DNA of 63,953 bases, filler included, from Porpidia crustulata (taxonomy: Eukaryota), in NCBI GenBank assembly GCA_964255105.1. It is 3 parts of 3 records of this genome, joined end to end, with 100 filler letters (N's around TTAATTAATTAA, not from the genome) between each part and the next. Parts side by side here need not be neighbours in the genome. Positions count along the whole stretch, not along the records: positions 21,953 to 43,770 come from CAXUWE010000096.1; positions 43,871 to 63,953 come from CAXUWE010000127.1; 1 more part is not named here. One strand, given 5' to 3'. The notes beneath the pieces are model-generated. The model did not search any database, was not told the origin of the DNA, and worked only from the letters and a program-made list of their open reading frames with translations. Numbering within the stretch: the first letter of the stretch is position 1; every line of letters starts with the position of its first letter. This document shows positions 40,911-52,824 of this stretch, piece after piece. A program made the translations under genes and the position numbers.

Positions 40911-43770
40911 ATGGCTCAAAAGGTTCCAGCGACGTCCTTATGCTTGTTCGAAGAGACCAGAGTCAATCTAGAGCCAACAATCCCAGGTTCAGTGATCCAA
41001 ATACAGCTCCCGTCGTCCAGCACATTTAGCCGGGGCCCGCGCTCTCAACGCCGCGTTCTGAAAGCTCGGCCTACTTACGATGATGAGGAGAGCTTCGCAA
41101 AGAGTAGCCTAGCAAGTTCGTGCTCGACATATTTCGGTCAATCTAAGAAATACCCGCGGAGTTTTATATGGCGAATCTTGGAGGGCAACAAGGTGCTAGA
41201 GCTACAATCAGTGGATTTGGTGAAGAATGACAGGGAAACCAAAGAAGCCACACAGGTGTTACAGTTCGGCTTTCCAAGCGCGATACGCCCTGGGTGTGTG
41301 GCATTGGCAGATGGAGAGGAGCCGGACAGCCTCAGTGTCTTCATTTTGACGAAGGGGAATGATCTATATACCTTGGCCTTGCGAAGAGACTTTTTCTGTT
41401 ATGCAATATCTTCGGAAGGAGACATTGAGCAATGGTGCAAGATCTTCAGACCTCCGTCGTTCAGTATCAGCACACCTCATCGACTGATTGCAGGGAGCTC
41501 ATTACTCCTGGTGATATCTCTTGGCGATGGTAGGCTCTTGCGGTTAACAAGGAATAAGGAAGCGGATGGGTCCAATTGGCGCGAGACCACCTACAATGAT
41601 GGGCAATGGGGCTCATCTTTACGGGGTCTAGTTCGTTGGCAAGGGAGTAACACGGTACGATATGAGGGTAGTACCCTAGACCAGGGCACACCAGTGTCCC
41701 TGGCACTTTCTCCTGATAAGAAGCACATATTCTGCGTATGTCTGAACCATAGCTTGAAAGTGTGGAGGCTCGAAGGGACCAGCACCGCTCCATACTCGAT
41801 AGACATACTCGGACGGTCACGCGAGCCGCAAGAGATTCCAAAGACAATGATCGATCCCAGCACCTCTAGGGTACTACAAGTTGTTCAAACCGGAGCGCTC
41901 GTGGAAGGAGATGAATATTATGTATTGACCTTCTCACCCCATGACCTGGGACAATTCAAGATCTGGGCCATCCGCGATGCGGACGAAGGCAGTCGAGGAA
42001 TTCGTGATCTATTTCCTGAAGTTATACTTCACCCACCTGATCCGGATCCAAATCCGGATAGTAAAGCCATATGGAAAGTTGCCGACTTCCAAATGAAGGG
42101 GGTAGGAAATAGGGACGAAATGGAGATGTGGGTTCTCATGAGATCGAACAAGCGGTACATGTTGTACAACATCAAGTTCGACCTTCTAGATCTAGTGAAC
42201 GGGGTCTGGCAAGATCACTGGTCAACTACAGCATCGGAAACACTGTACCAACTTCCTCAACCACAGCCCACAAACCTCGAGTCTCAGGACGTGACGGAGC
42301 AGTGGCTCGACTACATTTTATTCCCTGGCAAGTATCCTAAGGTCGTTATGGAGACAGCGCTATCGATATACACTACAGCCCGAAAAGTTGATGCGTCCTT
42401 GAATCCCCATGCCTCTCTGGAGGAACGGATGTGCTCAGCTATATCAACCTCAGTTAGCTTGAAATACGACGAAGCTGGAGCCGCTGATTTTGAGGGCTAT
42501 CGTGTCGCAATGTATCAAGAGTGGAAGACCTACTTTCAGGAGATACAAGACCTAAATAATTCAAGATGGGCTATATCATCACTTGGCTATGACAATCGCA
42601 CCGAGATGCCATGGTTACTTTTTGTAGATGGGTGCTCTGTAATACGGGATTGCAGTCAGATTGAGCTTATATCCCAAAACCGCCCGAAAGATCTTGCCAA
42701 ATCGATGAACCTGTTGGAAACTCCGTCGATAGAAACCGATTCTGATGGGCTGGAACCGAAGCTTCCTGACGAGCTTTCTGTAATTCTAGAGGCAGCTGCA
42801 GCGTTTAGACAAAGCTTCAGCCAAATGTTAGGACAGACATACGAGCAAGTACTAGCAGGAGAACTCTGGCAAGACGCTTCTTATGCCACTCCAACTCGTC
42901 TGCAAACATTCTACGAGGATTGCAACTTTTCAGAGGCAATCAATGATAACGCGGTCAGCGATTTGATGGCCGCTCTTACGCCATTAGGGGGGTTTAGTGG
43001 TTTGGAGACAAGCTCGTTCCGAGCAATTCTCAACGAGATTAACCTGATGATGTCCACGGAAGAGTCAAATCTACTCTCTACTAGATTTGGTCTCAAGATT
43101 TTGGTGAAGGGTGCTCAAGAGATGATAGACCTGCACCGAAAGATACTGCTCGACTTACTGGTGCTGATCATATTCGTTGACATGGAAGGTGACCCGGAAG
43201 AGATGCCTGAGGACAGCTTCAATGCCGTAGAGATATACGAAGAGCTCGTTGAACAATTAAAACGCTATCAGATGATGCAATGGCTGGCAAAGAACACTAG
43301 GACAGAGCCGAACAGAACACCCAAGACATCTAGTTCAATCGGTTCTAGTGAAGCTCAGACATCGACGGTACTTGAAAATCTCTTTGCGGTCGACCTAAGG
43401 CCACGATCGTTTGCCGCGCATTCCTCAACCGCAGCCCTGACACAGACCATCCAAGATCTACTGCAATGGGTGAATGGCGGTAATGATCCATCAATAAAAC
43501 TCGACGGCGTCCTCGTACACATCCAATGCAACTTACTGGCCCACAGCAACATCGATTTGGCCTCAGACTTCCTCCAATATCAGCCATCTACAGCATGGTC
43601 GACATACGTCAAGGGCCGCTTATATCTGACACGCGGCGAGTTTACAGAAGCAGCCTTTTACTTCAAAAAAGTTTCGCTGAAACTCTGTACGTCCTCCCCT
43701 TTATCGCCACCTTTTCCATCACTAACCCCGTCGCTCTAGCTCTCACCACCAGCACACCCTTCGACTACTC
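40911..43770 (+). CDS. NUP120: Nucleoporin Nup120/Nup160; 3' part lost in the gap; intron 43687-43739
   Basis: 942-aa first exon with LFEETRVNL, YPRSFIWRIL, CLNHSLKVW, GQFKIW, WLDYILFPGKY and TAWSTYVKGRLYL...AAFYFKK, matching a beta-propeller plus helical Nup120 layout. Confidence 0.85.
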
Positions 43771-43870
43771 NNNNNNNNNNNNNNNNNNNNNNNNNNNNNN
43801 NNNNNNNNNNNNNNTTAATTAATTAANNNNNNNNNNNNNNNNNNNNNNNNNNNNNNNNNNNNNNNNNNNN
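43771..43870. other. Artificial contig linker / assembly gap
   Basis: Same N44-TTAATTAATTAA-N44 pattern; followed by G/T-rich low-complexity sequence at 43871-43927. Confidence 0.98.
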
Positions 43871-44668
43871 GGGTGTTGGGTTGTGGTTGTGGTTGGGGTT
43901 TGGAGTTGGGGTTTTGTTGGTTAGGGTAGATATATCTTTGATACCAGTGAAGAAAGATGAAGATTTATTGTACCCCCGATCGATGCGTCTTCTGGCTCGA
44001 CACGATAGCGCCCGAAGGCTATCTACCTGTAAATTTTGACAGATGTCGTCTTGAAGTCTTTGCAAAGGATGTCCACCGACTTAGGTACCTTTCAGAGTAT
44101 CCGTGGTTGGAAGTTTGGAATGTAGATATCTACGATATCTATAAATGAAGTCGAGCACCATAGGTGCAACATTATCAGAAATAACGCGTATTTTGAACAA
44201 TGATATTCTGCGTTTAATCGTGTATTTCGTACGTTGCGCGGTCAATTGCAAACTCATTTAGAAGGGTTCAATGTACAAAGGTTCATACGAAGAGAGTTCA
44301 CGAATTCGATCCATTCGCAGAAGCTTAGTCGTACTTGACACGTCTGAGGACTGAGACAGATAAAGATTGATTCGCAAAGAAGGCCGCTGCTGGGAACTCG
44401 GAGATGAAAGTGCAAGAAGTAGATTTGCAAATCATAATGTAAGAATACCAGATTCAAACATAATATACATGAGTTACTAGAAAACGCCCGCTAGCCCATA
44501 CGCTACTTCTCCGCGAGGTCTATCAATATCTCTGATAAAGATTTGGACGTACTCCGTACCATGCTCGTCTATCCGGTTTGTTCCCTTTATGTTGTACAGT
44601 CAACGATCAATTTCCTCCTATCGGCAGACAAGCTCCCCGGAGTCGAATGGTGATCCCTCGCAAAAGGT

Positions 44669-46622
44669 CTAGTATTTGGTATGGATACTATAGATCAAGC
44701 AGCCAGCCGTGATGTCTCCGCCACGCCCTTGGTTGGCACCTGAATCTCATTAGCGGAAAGTGGGAGGTCATTTAGAGCGAAGACTCACAGATCCTCCATG
44801 CGGTATAGAGGATATCATAACACTTGTGATTTGCCACAGGCTCGGCGAGATTGTACCCTCCGTTAGCGGTACATTTGTCTACGGAAGTGATCTTGATGTC
44901 ATAAACGTCGTCCTCATTGGAGTTTCCGGTGTAGTCGAATTCGACATCTATCGACCCGTGGGGGATAGATCTTATACCAGCCATCACCGTGTGTGCGTCA
45001 TTGACAGGGCCAGGGACAGTCCCGTTGGCATACTGGTCGCAAAAGAAGGTGACCGCCTTTTGAAGCTCACCTTCGTGGGCGTCTTTGACAGAACCCTTTG
45101 GCGCGGCGACACAGAATGGTCGGGAAGGAGGATCTACCGGGGCGACGGTATCTGAAGGCGTGGGTGTGGGGCTTGGGGTGGTAGGTGATGCAGCGTCCTC
45201 AGGCGGCGGGAAACAACCGGGGGGTGCATCACGTTTCGTCTTCGAGGGAGCCTTGGCGAAGTCCGTGTGGAGTTTCTGAATAGCTGAGTCTGCGTCTCCC
45301 ATGAATTTCCCGAAACCCGATGTTCTAAGAGAAGGGTCTAAGTCTGGGAATTCGAATAGAGGCGCAGAACGGTCTAATTTCCAGATTTTCTCCGTTTAGG
45401 TACCATAGCCTCCAATGGATCCATCAATTTGTGCGTCAAATGCCGTAAGCCGGTCTGGAAAAGGAACTTGATTGCCAATGCCTTGAATCCATTCTTTGAT
45501 GTTGACTGGATTTGCGTTGGGATTAGTGTACGACAAGTCACCAAACTTAGTCGTGATAGGTTTTGGGTCTGACAACTCCCCAGTGCAGAATTCAGTGTCG
45601 ACCCTGCGGGTTGTCAGATAAGCGAGCAAGAGAAATAATTTTACATACGCAAGATTGCCATTTTTTGTCGTATAGCATGCAAGATTATTGAAGAGATCAA
45701 AGAGATCGCCCTTAAACTTTGATTTGACCATTTTATAAATGGTATTGAACTCAGTCCGAGGCATAAAGGTCTGGTATAGCTTTGGGCTCTGATCCGGTAG
45801 GAGCGTTATAGTCGCAGTCTTCGCAAAGGATAAGACTAAGGAGCAGAAGCCGAGCATATCGTCGCTGACTTTGTCCTTATCCATGCCGTTTTTATTGGAC
45901 TGGAAATAATCCTTTGTCACGACCACAACAACACCGTTATTGAAATTAGTCACGTCGAGGATGTTTCGCTCCGATTGAACCGGGTCTTTTTGTTGTTCTT
46001 TCATAAGACTGTATAGCGCTTCAAGAGGCTTTGGCGTCGTGACCTGCGGCGCCCACGGCAACCCGTCTATTTTCGTTTTTCCGGCGGCCGCGAGTGTCGA
46101 GGGATTGCATTCGCTGTGCTCAATATCAACGGTAAGCCTTCCTGGCTTCGCCTACGGCATCCAATCGATCTGATATTGTCAGTAAGATAGGACAGAGAGT
46201 CGAGTCGATCCAGTACTTACAAGGTCCTGCGCAGCTGCTGCACCTGCTTTCGCAGCGTCACCACCTGGGCTCCCAACTTTGATGTTCTTACCTTCCAAAA
46301 TGTACTATGAGTTGACAATTCCCATACCAGCTCCAGTGTCAGCCGTCAGCCGCCAATTGTCGTGCTTGCGCCCATCGATGATCTTCTTCTTTGCCGCATT
46401 TGTATTGTCGGAGCTGCAGTCCCTGCTTACCCAATAGAACCCTGGACTTTCAAACTCAGCTCCGATACCTGCAGTTCCATCACTTGTGAGTCCATTATCG
46501 CTATCCTCCGACATCTGATCCTGGAACCATTGTTCGCATTTATCTGGTGCGAGACGCGGCTGGAGCGGTAGGAAGGCTGCAAAAGCAGTACTCAGAATAG
46601 ACATGTACAGGAGTGGATACAT
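44669..46622 (-). pseudogene. Pseudogene of a secreted protein with a Cys-containing C-terminal module
   Basis: Signal-peptide-like start MYPLLYMSILSTAFAA. One spliced frame continues through in-frame stops TAG 46305-46307, TAG 46152-46154 and TAA 45396-45398, then a Pro/Thr linker, and ends CANQGRGGDITAGCLIYSIHTKY*. Confidence 0.75.
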
Positions 46623-48548
46623 GGTAGGCAAGTCCTTCAATTGAATGGCAGGACAAATTGGCTGGGTGGAATGTATGGCAGATTTGATTGAGTTTTCAAG
46701 TAAAGACAAGGCAAGCATGCGGTTTATATATTTTTGAGACGATGATGCGTCACAGGAAGTTGCTCCAACAATCTTGCCTCGAGGCTGAGCTGAATTATGT
46801 GCATTGTATGTGGTTGTTGAGCCTCTTGAAATATATGTCCAGCTTTGTCGTATAATGCAACGACATAGCCCATAAGAGGATGCTCTAGCTCGTTCATGTG
46901 ATCCATTTTACTCTGGCCAGTGCTTGATGCCTTGGTAGACTCTATGGCGGTGATAAGAATTGGGGGTGGGGTACTCCTTGGTGGACAGTGGGAGGATTCA
47001 TGCTGTGTAGCAACTCATTCTCCGATCCCACAGAAGACGTGATTCTCGTCTGTTTCTCCCGTAATCTCACGTGTCTCGAGGCCTATGAGCTGATGTCTGT
47101 ACGCTCTATGCACTTATTAGGCCTTCTAAAACGCATGTCTTACTCCCTTGTATGATGCGTCGCCATAGCCCCCAAGAATATCACTGCCAGAATAAGGAAT
47201 GAGCAGGAGCAACGGAGCAGAGAGTAAGTTCATGAGCTCAACTTGCTAGGCTTTATTCTGGCACTGCGTTTCATCATACAAAATCAGGGCAGAATTGTGA
47301 GATCATTTTGTCCAAAGCTGCTCTGGTTAAATGTTTTGTTATACGAAAATCAAGGCCCGGGATGGTGAGAGTTGGAGCCAGGCGTTGAAGTGTGAGATCA
47401 TGAGTTGAGTGAATCGTAAGACGATTTCCTAGCACAGGTTCTCGGGATATCAGCATCATTGTTAGAAATTGATGTCAGCAGGCGCAAGGCTGTGGCGGGT
47501 GATATCCTAAGCATGTTTTGCGAGAGAATGGCGGCCTGCGTTATGTCTAGCTTGTTGGCCTCGAGACGTACCGGTCAATCCTTTGATAGCGGTAATGACG
47601 TTATGAGGATCCAGGAGTGTCTTGAATAAGACTACAGGGAGGGTTTTACCTCAATATCTTTACACGGCTCTCATCCGAGGTAGGTCCGCCCAAGTTATTT
47701 TTTATTTGAATAGGAGTTGGGCGTAAGTTGGGGAAGCTATGGCTGCGTACGTCTCGGACACATCTCAGCGACAGAAGCCAACATGGTCCTATCAAAACAA
47801 CGTGGCCGAGGCTGCGTCGACGACAGGTAGAGCTGGAAGTTGGATGCAAATCCATATGGATTCGACACGTGAGGGGTTTGAGAGCCTGGCATTGACCTAC
47901 AAGAAAGCGTTTGCACTATGCACCCCGTTCGTCGAGCACCACAACAAGCTCCGTTCGCATTTCCGAGACTTTACATACTACAATAGGCTGGATGACCCTT
48001 CTTATAACATCAAAACTGCGTTCGATCTAATCACACGTATCGCCGTCGAACCTGTTGTGGCACGGTACGTCCGACATGCCGACTTTAAAGTTAGTGATTT
48101 TCAGATGTATCGTACCTCTCTTCCTGGCGTTTCTGGCTGCCGAAATAGGTCTCATATCGCGTTATTCAGCAGGGAATTCGTATAGTGGAGAGTCACAAAC
48201 GTTTGCAAAGATCGAGCTACAGTCCAATAAGAGCATTGCTAAATGTGAGAATTACTCTAGGTTGACAGGCTCGCTAATAATGAGACAATACGTTCGATGC
48301 TCGCAGACGTCGAATGTGGTGGAGCTGTAGTCAGACTGTTTGCCGATTCTCCCGATCTAGCGGAAGCAGGTCTCAATTGGGAGGAGTTCTATGCCAAGAT
48401 CGAAGAGGACCTAGAACCCATTCGCTATTCGCAATATGCTGCCGCCTTTCTTTTAACGCTCTTACCCAATGTCGAGACGCTCACGCTACCAAAGTGGTGG
48501 AAGCCAGTCGAGGCAACAGACAAGCTCGTTAATGTCGTCGTTCGTAAG

Positions 48549-48875
48549 GTACGTCTTTTCGCTCTTTCAGAGAGACTTGAGTGCGTTAGAGATCCTTTTC
48601 AAGACATTTGTTTGCCTTGCATCTACTTTCCAGACGTTCGAAAACACTAGGTGACTACTATTTTGGTGCTCTATCCCCCTATGAACAGTTCTACTACAGC
48701 CCTAAAATGACATGTAAGTGCGTCTATTTGTCTTATCGAAGGCGTGAGACCGCGTTTGTGGATTATGTACCCACCTCAGATCCACTATTCAAGCGTTCAG
48801 GAATGCCCAATTTTTGCTCTACTCCTTGCTAATACGTCGCTTCGTAGTCCGCTAACGCTCTAAGTCGACGTACAG
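48549..48875 (+). mobile_element. Introner-like intron B containing a nested 134-nt intron (48714-48847)
   Basis: Ends homologous to intron C; terminal inverted repeat GTACGTC/GACGTAC; internal GTAAGT...GCTAAT...TAG unit. Confidence 0.6.
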
Positions 48876-49030
48876 ACCAAGAAGTCACACCTCCTTTACA
48901 ATAGGCCTAGCCTTGCCCAGACCACCAAACTCGGTCCTTCTGTCTCATTAGCATCGGGGCATAGATTTGATTTGAACTGGGCGAGCCCTTTCCTGGCTCT
49001 ACCGCACATGCGGTCTTTCTGCGGACATAG

Positions 49031-49204
49031 TTTCGTCATTTCGCTCTATGAGCGCGAGTGCTCGTGAAGAGCACCTTACAGCGTTTCTGGCTCGTTTGCT
49101 CGCCTCAACCCTGCAATACCACTGCTCAAAAGACATAGTTCCGCTTTCAATCGGTTTAAATTTAATCGCAAAGACCTCCGCTAACGCTCCGAAATGGTAT
49201 GTAG
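49031..49204 (+). mobile_element. Introner-like intron C (degenerate donor)
   Basis: 15/19 identity to the 5' end of intron B; identical TCCGCTAACGCTC ending 15 nt before the intron end; terminal stem TCATTTCG/CGAAATGG. Confidence 0.6.
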
Positions 49205-51224
49205 CTGCGTAGCTTCAGATGCCAGTCTCAAGAGCATCCCACCTAAGGCCCTAGATCACGGCATCGGCGAGACTTTGGAAGTAGTTCATTTCGTGTGCTG
49301 TAGTATCGACGAGGTCGCTATTGCCGACTTCCTCAGACATGCCTTACGCCTCAGGACTTTCATGTACTCTCACTCGACAAAGGACCATGGCGGCCCTCGG
49401 GACTGGGATCTCTGCAAATTCGTGACTGCCGTTGAGCGCGAGGTAGGGAGTCATCTTGCAGAGCTCTCTATCACCATTCACGAACTACACGGCTCGATCA
49501 AGCCTGGCAAGACATCGATGCGAGGCTATCAACGTCTACGACAGCCCGAATTTCCTATCGAAATCGCGATTTGTAATATTACTGCGGCTGCATGTCATGC
49601 ATTGGAGAACAAGGAGCCATCCATCCTCGACCTCATACCCGCGTCAGTCTCTCGACTAGCAATAGATTCGCAAGGAACGGATCATCATGGACAAGCTCTC
49701 GATGTCATATTCCGTGGATTTGCCGCTGAGAAGGCTTCTCAGTTGCCCGCACTCAAGGACATTCATCTCGTCTCTCCTACAACAACGGACGAGGCGTATA
49801 TGCATCGGTGTACAAGACTACTCGCAGAGATGAAGCAAGTGGGTGTAAATTTGCATTTGGAGCCATGGTCAGCCGCTGCTTCTATGGCATGGGATGGGGA
49901 ATGGTAGCGTTTGCACGTATAGCGCCCTTCTACTATTTTCTCTATTTTTTATGACCAAACGGCATTTGGCACCAGCGCTGATCTGGGTGTCTGGGTGTCT
50001 GGGTAGGATCGGCGCTCAAAATAAAGGCCTCAGGTGTCCGGTTCGTGGGATATACCGGAAACAACGACATTGAAAACTGAGTTACGCCACGTCCAACCCG
50101 CTGATGCGGAAACAAAGGTCGAGGCGGAAGCGCGTCGTTGTCAGACAAAATTTCCACTCACGGTCCAACTTCCTCACAATCCCATCCGAACAATCTTGCC
50201 CTCCTGACCCCTTTCCAAATTTCCTTGTCCTGAACAGCGGCGACAAAGACCAAAACACCTCTTGTACAAGACAAGGACTGTGTTGGGACCACATCACGCC
50301 CCGAGATATCGGACTCGCAGCCCAAATCAACGAACATGATGAAAGGTCACCTACACTGCCGCAGCAGCAGCCTTGTTGCCCCCATCCAAGGCAATTCCAG
50401 GCAATTTTTGCCGGGGTGTCGGGTAAGCCTGTCACCCGCAGGGCTTTCTTTGCGGTGAATCCTCCATCTTTCTTATCGCTGTCGGATATCCAACAGGTTC
50501 CGCAGCTCGTTTCGTCGTTGGCGATGCGCTGTGAGCTGGTGGCATGTGTCCTACAACCTTTCAGTTCACTTTGCCGTCAAAAGCGGCCCATTTGCGCCTT
50601 CCCCCCCCCAGCAGGCCCCCAGCAGGCCGCTGCATGTCATATGGATGGTCATCGCATACGTGTAAGGATCTCAGACGAAGAAAATGGATGGGCAGAAAGG
50701 CATATGTTCGGCTCAGTAGGATCGAGACACATAGGAATAATCTACCAGTGTCAAGCTTCGGACTGGGCATAATGGGACCAATGAGAAAACTTCCCTTCAT
50801 TTGGATAGGTGCCTGTTGGATGCTCTGAACAGAAAATGATGAAAGAGCGGTGAGCGCTACAGAATTGTCTTTCAGAATGCCTCAGCCTCGCTTATAGATT
50901 CGTTATGGAACTCCCGTCATTAGATTAGTCTCCTTTCCACTCACGATAGGTGAAAGTCTGTGAGATTTTCATAATCACATCAAGACGTATTTTTCATAGC
51001 TGGAAGCTTTGCCATTGACGTTGCTAGCTAATTAGGCGTATGCTGTCGCCTGTAGTCCATTGTTTAAAATCGAAATTCTAATTTAGTTCCTGATACTGTC
51101 TTTCAGGATAGATACGCCCTGTGATCGAATATAGGGAATCGTTTGCATTTGCCGGAAAAAAAGGGGCTTTTAGAAATACATAACTTGAAATAATTAAACC
51201 GAGAAAATCATCCAGCTCTCGTCC

Positions 51225-52824
51225 TCATGCCGATGAACTCATCACTAAAGAGCCACTGTTTCCAAGGAAGACAACTAGAACAGCCGAATAGGCTGCTGTC
51301 GCGGCGAAGACTTCTTGTCTTTTCGCTTTGGTGAATATTGAGCACAAGGCTGAGAAGGCGAGGGTGAAGAAGAATATAACCATAATCTGGAAGTAGGTGT
51401 TGCGATCGACTTCGGCTCTGTTCCTGGGCTGGAGTCTGAACAGCACGAAGATGGGAGTTAGCAGAAGGACAGACGCACAGATGGTGAGGATACTGCGCAG
51501 CAAGATATCAAGCCGGGCGGCGGATACAAGGGTAATGGGCTCCGCGCCGGAAACGATCCTCTGCTCGGAGGTGCGGAAGACTATCTGTACACCGAGGTAG
51601 TATTTAGCCGAGATGAATGGATGTAGACTTGTGATGTAGGTATCTGAACAAAACGCGTGTAGAGTGGATGCGACTGAGATGGGTGCATCTGAAAGAGAAG
51701 CCATCCGATATATCATACTTCATGGAAGGTACTCCCAACAGGAGGCTGCCAGGTGTGATGCAATGAGATTTCAATTCAATGAAAGTATAATTCGGGGGAC
51801 AGGGCTGAGGCTGGAGAAATGAAGCTGAAAAGCTGCAATAAAGCCGAAGGGAAAGACGACATACGATCGTGATCTTCCTAGATATCTTTAGGAGAGTATT
51901 TTCAAGGAACGCAATAAGCCATCCATGTTCCTGGTCATGCGCCACCGCTGCCAGATCCGGGCTCAGCCGTATCCAGTCCGACTCCTCTGCAGCCTGACTT
52001 CCTGTATTTGCAATGAAGGCTGATACACTACTTTGGTTTCTTTTGGTCGGCCTTTTCATCGCCTGGATCTTTTGCATGCGAAAGAGTGACTCGTCTAAGA
52101 GGTCAGAATGCGCTCTATGTTCACGTCTAGTTAACTCACCGTATTCTATCAGCTTTGCTTGAATCTTTGCGAGTAGCTCACGTCGTTCTATTTCATCAGG
52201 ACCTTCATTTTGCCGACGTGAAAACAGCCGCCTTGGTTCTTTGACGAATTCGTACTTATTAAGTGCGATGAGGTCTTCTTCGAGCTCGACCAGCTCATCT
52301 TGTAGGTATAGAAGAGAGCAATTCCGAAGCCAAGTGAACTTTCGGTATATTAGGAGATCAGGATCACAACCTTCGAATGCGGCGAGTTTGCCATAGCCAA
52401 CAGGATGTTGATCCACTTCGCTGGCCTTAGTACGGTTATGATCCGCTGGTGACCAAACTTACAGGTAGGGATGAGTGGCTCCACTTCATAGTTGTAGGTA
52501 AAGCCCTCAGTAGAGTCTCCCCAAGTCTCTTTCCGAAGGCTCAAAGCCCTCTTTAGCCGCTTGGAAATCGGTTCTCGTTTTACACCTGAAGCGCCAAGGA
52601 TCTCTTAGATAGCGCGGCAAGTCATCGCTTCTAGTTTGAACCTTACTTTCACGTACACTGCTCTCTTCACTATCCAAGGATGCCAGACGACTAGACGCAT
52701 GCCGAACACTAGTAGGGTCTTCGAAAGAGGGCGATGGTGGATGGTTCGGGAGCTGAGGACCAACGCCGGAAGAAGGGTCAACAGCTTCCGTGCGCAACGC
52801 AAAGCTTGGAATCGTTTGAGTCAT
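51225..52824 (-). CDS. DUF6594-like membrane protein (about 5 exons; 280-nt intron 51585-51864)
   Basis: HPVGYGKLAAF, IYRKFTWLRNCSLLYLQDELVELE, KLIEY-DE, and C-terminal TM helices ending AKRQEVFAATAAYSAVLVVFLG. Confidence 0.8.

Larger units (their letters stand above)
47843..49907 (+). pseudogene. F-box-associated LRR-like gene with three long introns (48090-48260, 48549-48875, 49031-49204); probably non-functional; start uncertain
   Basis: Exons join to EGFESLALTYK...AFDLITRIAVEPVVARYVRHADFK-VDR...YSQYAAAFLLTLLPNVETLTLP...RK-TKKSH...ASPFLALPHMRSFCGHS-CVA...LRTFMYSH. The third donor reads TT instead of GT, and no intact F-box N-terminus was found. Confidence 0.6.

Noticed and set aside
48651..48713. 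Possible 63-nt cassette exon inside intron B (AG at 48650, GT at 48714)
   Set aside because: Contains an in-frame TGA and lacks a good upstream branch site; the nested-intron model fits the homology with intron C better.
50104..50772. 222-aa ORF in the accessory region
   Set aside because: Composition is not protein-like and no domain motif; no transposase or reverse-transcriptase signature.
52507..52650. Apparent frameshift in the 5' part of the DUF6594-like gene
   Set aside because: A 43-nt GTAAGG...AAG intron restores the frame, so it was not called a pseudogene.
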